Assembly (NCBI GenBank): GCA_964457785.1
Contig: CAYWEX010000004.1
Span: 258-64,257 of the forward strand
Length of the DNA stretch: 64,000 bases
Source of the DNA: Candidatus Woesearchaeota archaeon
GTDB lineage: Archaea > Nanobdellota > Nanobdellia > SCGC-AAA011-G17 > JACPIM01
Reading direction: 5' to 3'
The translations under genes and the position numbers were made by a program. Shown one piece after another: positions 63,677 to 64,000 of this stretch; positions within the stretch are counted from its first letter, which is position 1; each line of letters begins with the position of its first letter. The notes under the pieces are model-generated. The model did not search any database and was not told the DNA's origin. It worked only from the letters and a program-made list of their open reading frames with translations.

Positions 63677-63973
63677 ATGAATAAATTAATCAATTTTTTT
63701 ATGTTTTTATTTTTGATTAATAATGTATCTGCTCAGACTTATAGTCCTTGTTTTGGTTTTGGTATGATGTCTTATTGGCCATATGGAGGTTGGATGATGT
63801 TGTTTTGGATTTTATTTTGGGTAGTTATAATTTACTTAATCTACAAATTAGTAAGTAATAATACAAATTGGTTTGCTTTTGAAAAAAATTCTTTAGAAAT
63901 TTTAAAAAAAAGATATGCTAAAGGAGAAATAACAAAAAAACAATTTGATCAGATGAAGAAAGATCTTAAATGA
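63677..63973 (+). CDS. membrane protein with a C-terminal SHOCT domain
   Basis: Signal/TM segments, then LEILKKRYAKGEITKKQFDQMKKDL, typical of SHOCT. Confidence 0.7.
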   Translation: MNKLINFFMFLFLINNVSAQTYSPCFGFGMMSYWPYGGWMMLFWILFWVVIIYLIYKLVSNNTNWFAFEKNSLEILKKRYAKGEITKKQFDQMKKDLK

Positions 63974-64000
63974 AAACAAGAAAGCAAATTAAGGAAGCAA
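63970..64000 (+). CDS. start of a further ORF running off the window end
   Basis: The ATG overlaps the previous stop (ATGA). Only MKTRKQIKEA is visible. Confidence 0.25.
   Translation, partial: MKTRKQIKEA

Noticed and set aside
1-64000. Search for CRISPR arrays, rRNA genes, transposases/integrases, long tandem repeats and long terminal inverted repeats.
   Set aside because: Reading the intergenic regions and ORF translations turned up none. This was a visual scan, not an exhaustive computational one.

Overview
Gene-dense, visibly AT-rich archaeal chromosomal segment (about 30% G+C by eye, not computed). Archaeal identity rests on EF-1alpha, ribosomal proteins eS24, eS31 (S27ae) and uS10, Rpo7 (RpoE'), Spt4, an Fcf1-like PIN protein, AglB/STT3 and AglH. 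The many small orphan ORFs and the trimmed conserved clusters suggest a small-genome DPANN-type archaeon, but that is inference only. Layout: (1) 0-20 kb holds mixed genes: a TrmB-family regulator, a DEAD-box helicase, a tRNA-Glu with an insertion in the D-loop, GT2 and GT-C glycosyltransferases, a DUF362 / alkaline-phosphatase-superfamily pair, an overlapping nucleotidyltransferase-Nudix pair, and a 300-aa minimal RtcB-like protein. (2) About 18-50 kb is a large glycosylation island. It contains AglB, AglH, five more GT2 enzymes (a sixth GT2 and an ArnT/PMT-like GT-C protein lie upstream at 7.2-9.8 kb), two further polytopic membrane proteins, a flippase-like protein, WecB, an SDR epimerase, a DegT aminotransferase, a Gfo/Idh/MocA oxidoreductase, a hexapeptide acetyltransferase, a CE4 deacetylase and a methyltransferase. 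Three B12-binding radical SAM enzymes are interleaved with these genes. (3) 51.7-57.9 kb is the conserved PIN-rpo7-spt4-eS24-eS31 and tuf-rps10 information-processing block, carrying lineage-specific small-ORF insertions and a tRNA whose anticodon loop reads AAC. (4) 58.8-64 kb is a copper-homeostasis locus: an HMA-membrane-cupredoxin fusion, VKOR, CopA and a PadR-TRASH regulator. A perfect 8-5-8 palindrome occurs twice there at promoter positions. No rRNA, CRISPR array, transposase or integrase was seen. All functional calls come from reading motifs in the translations. No database search was run.
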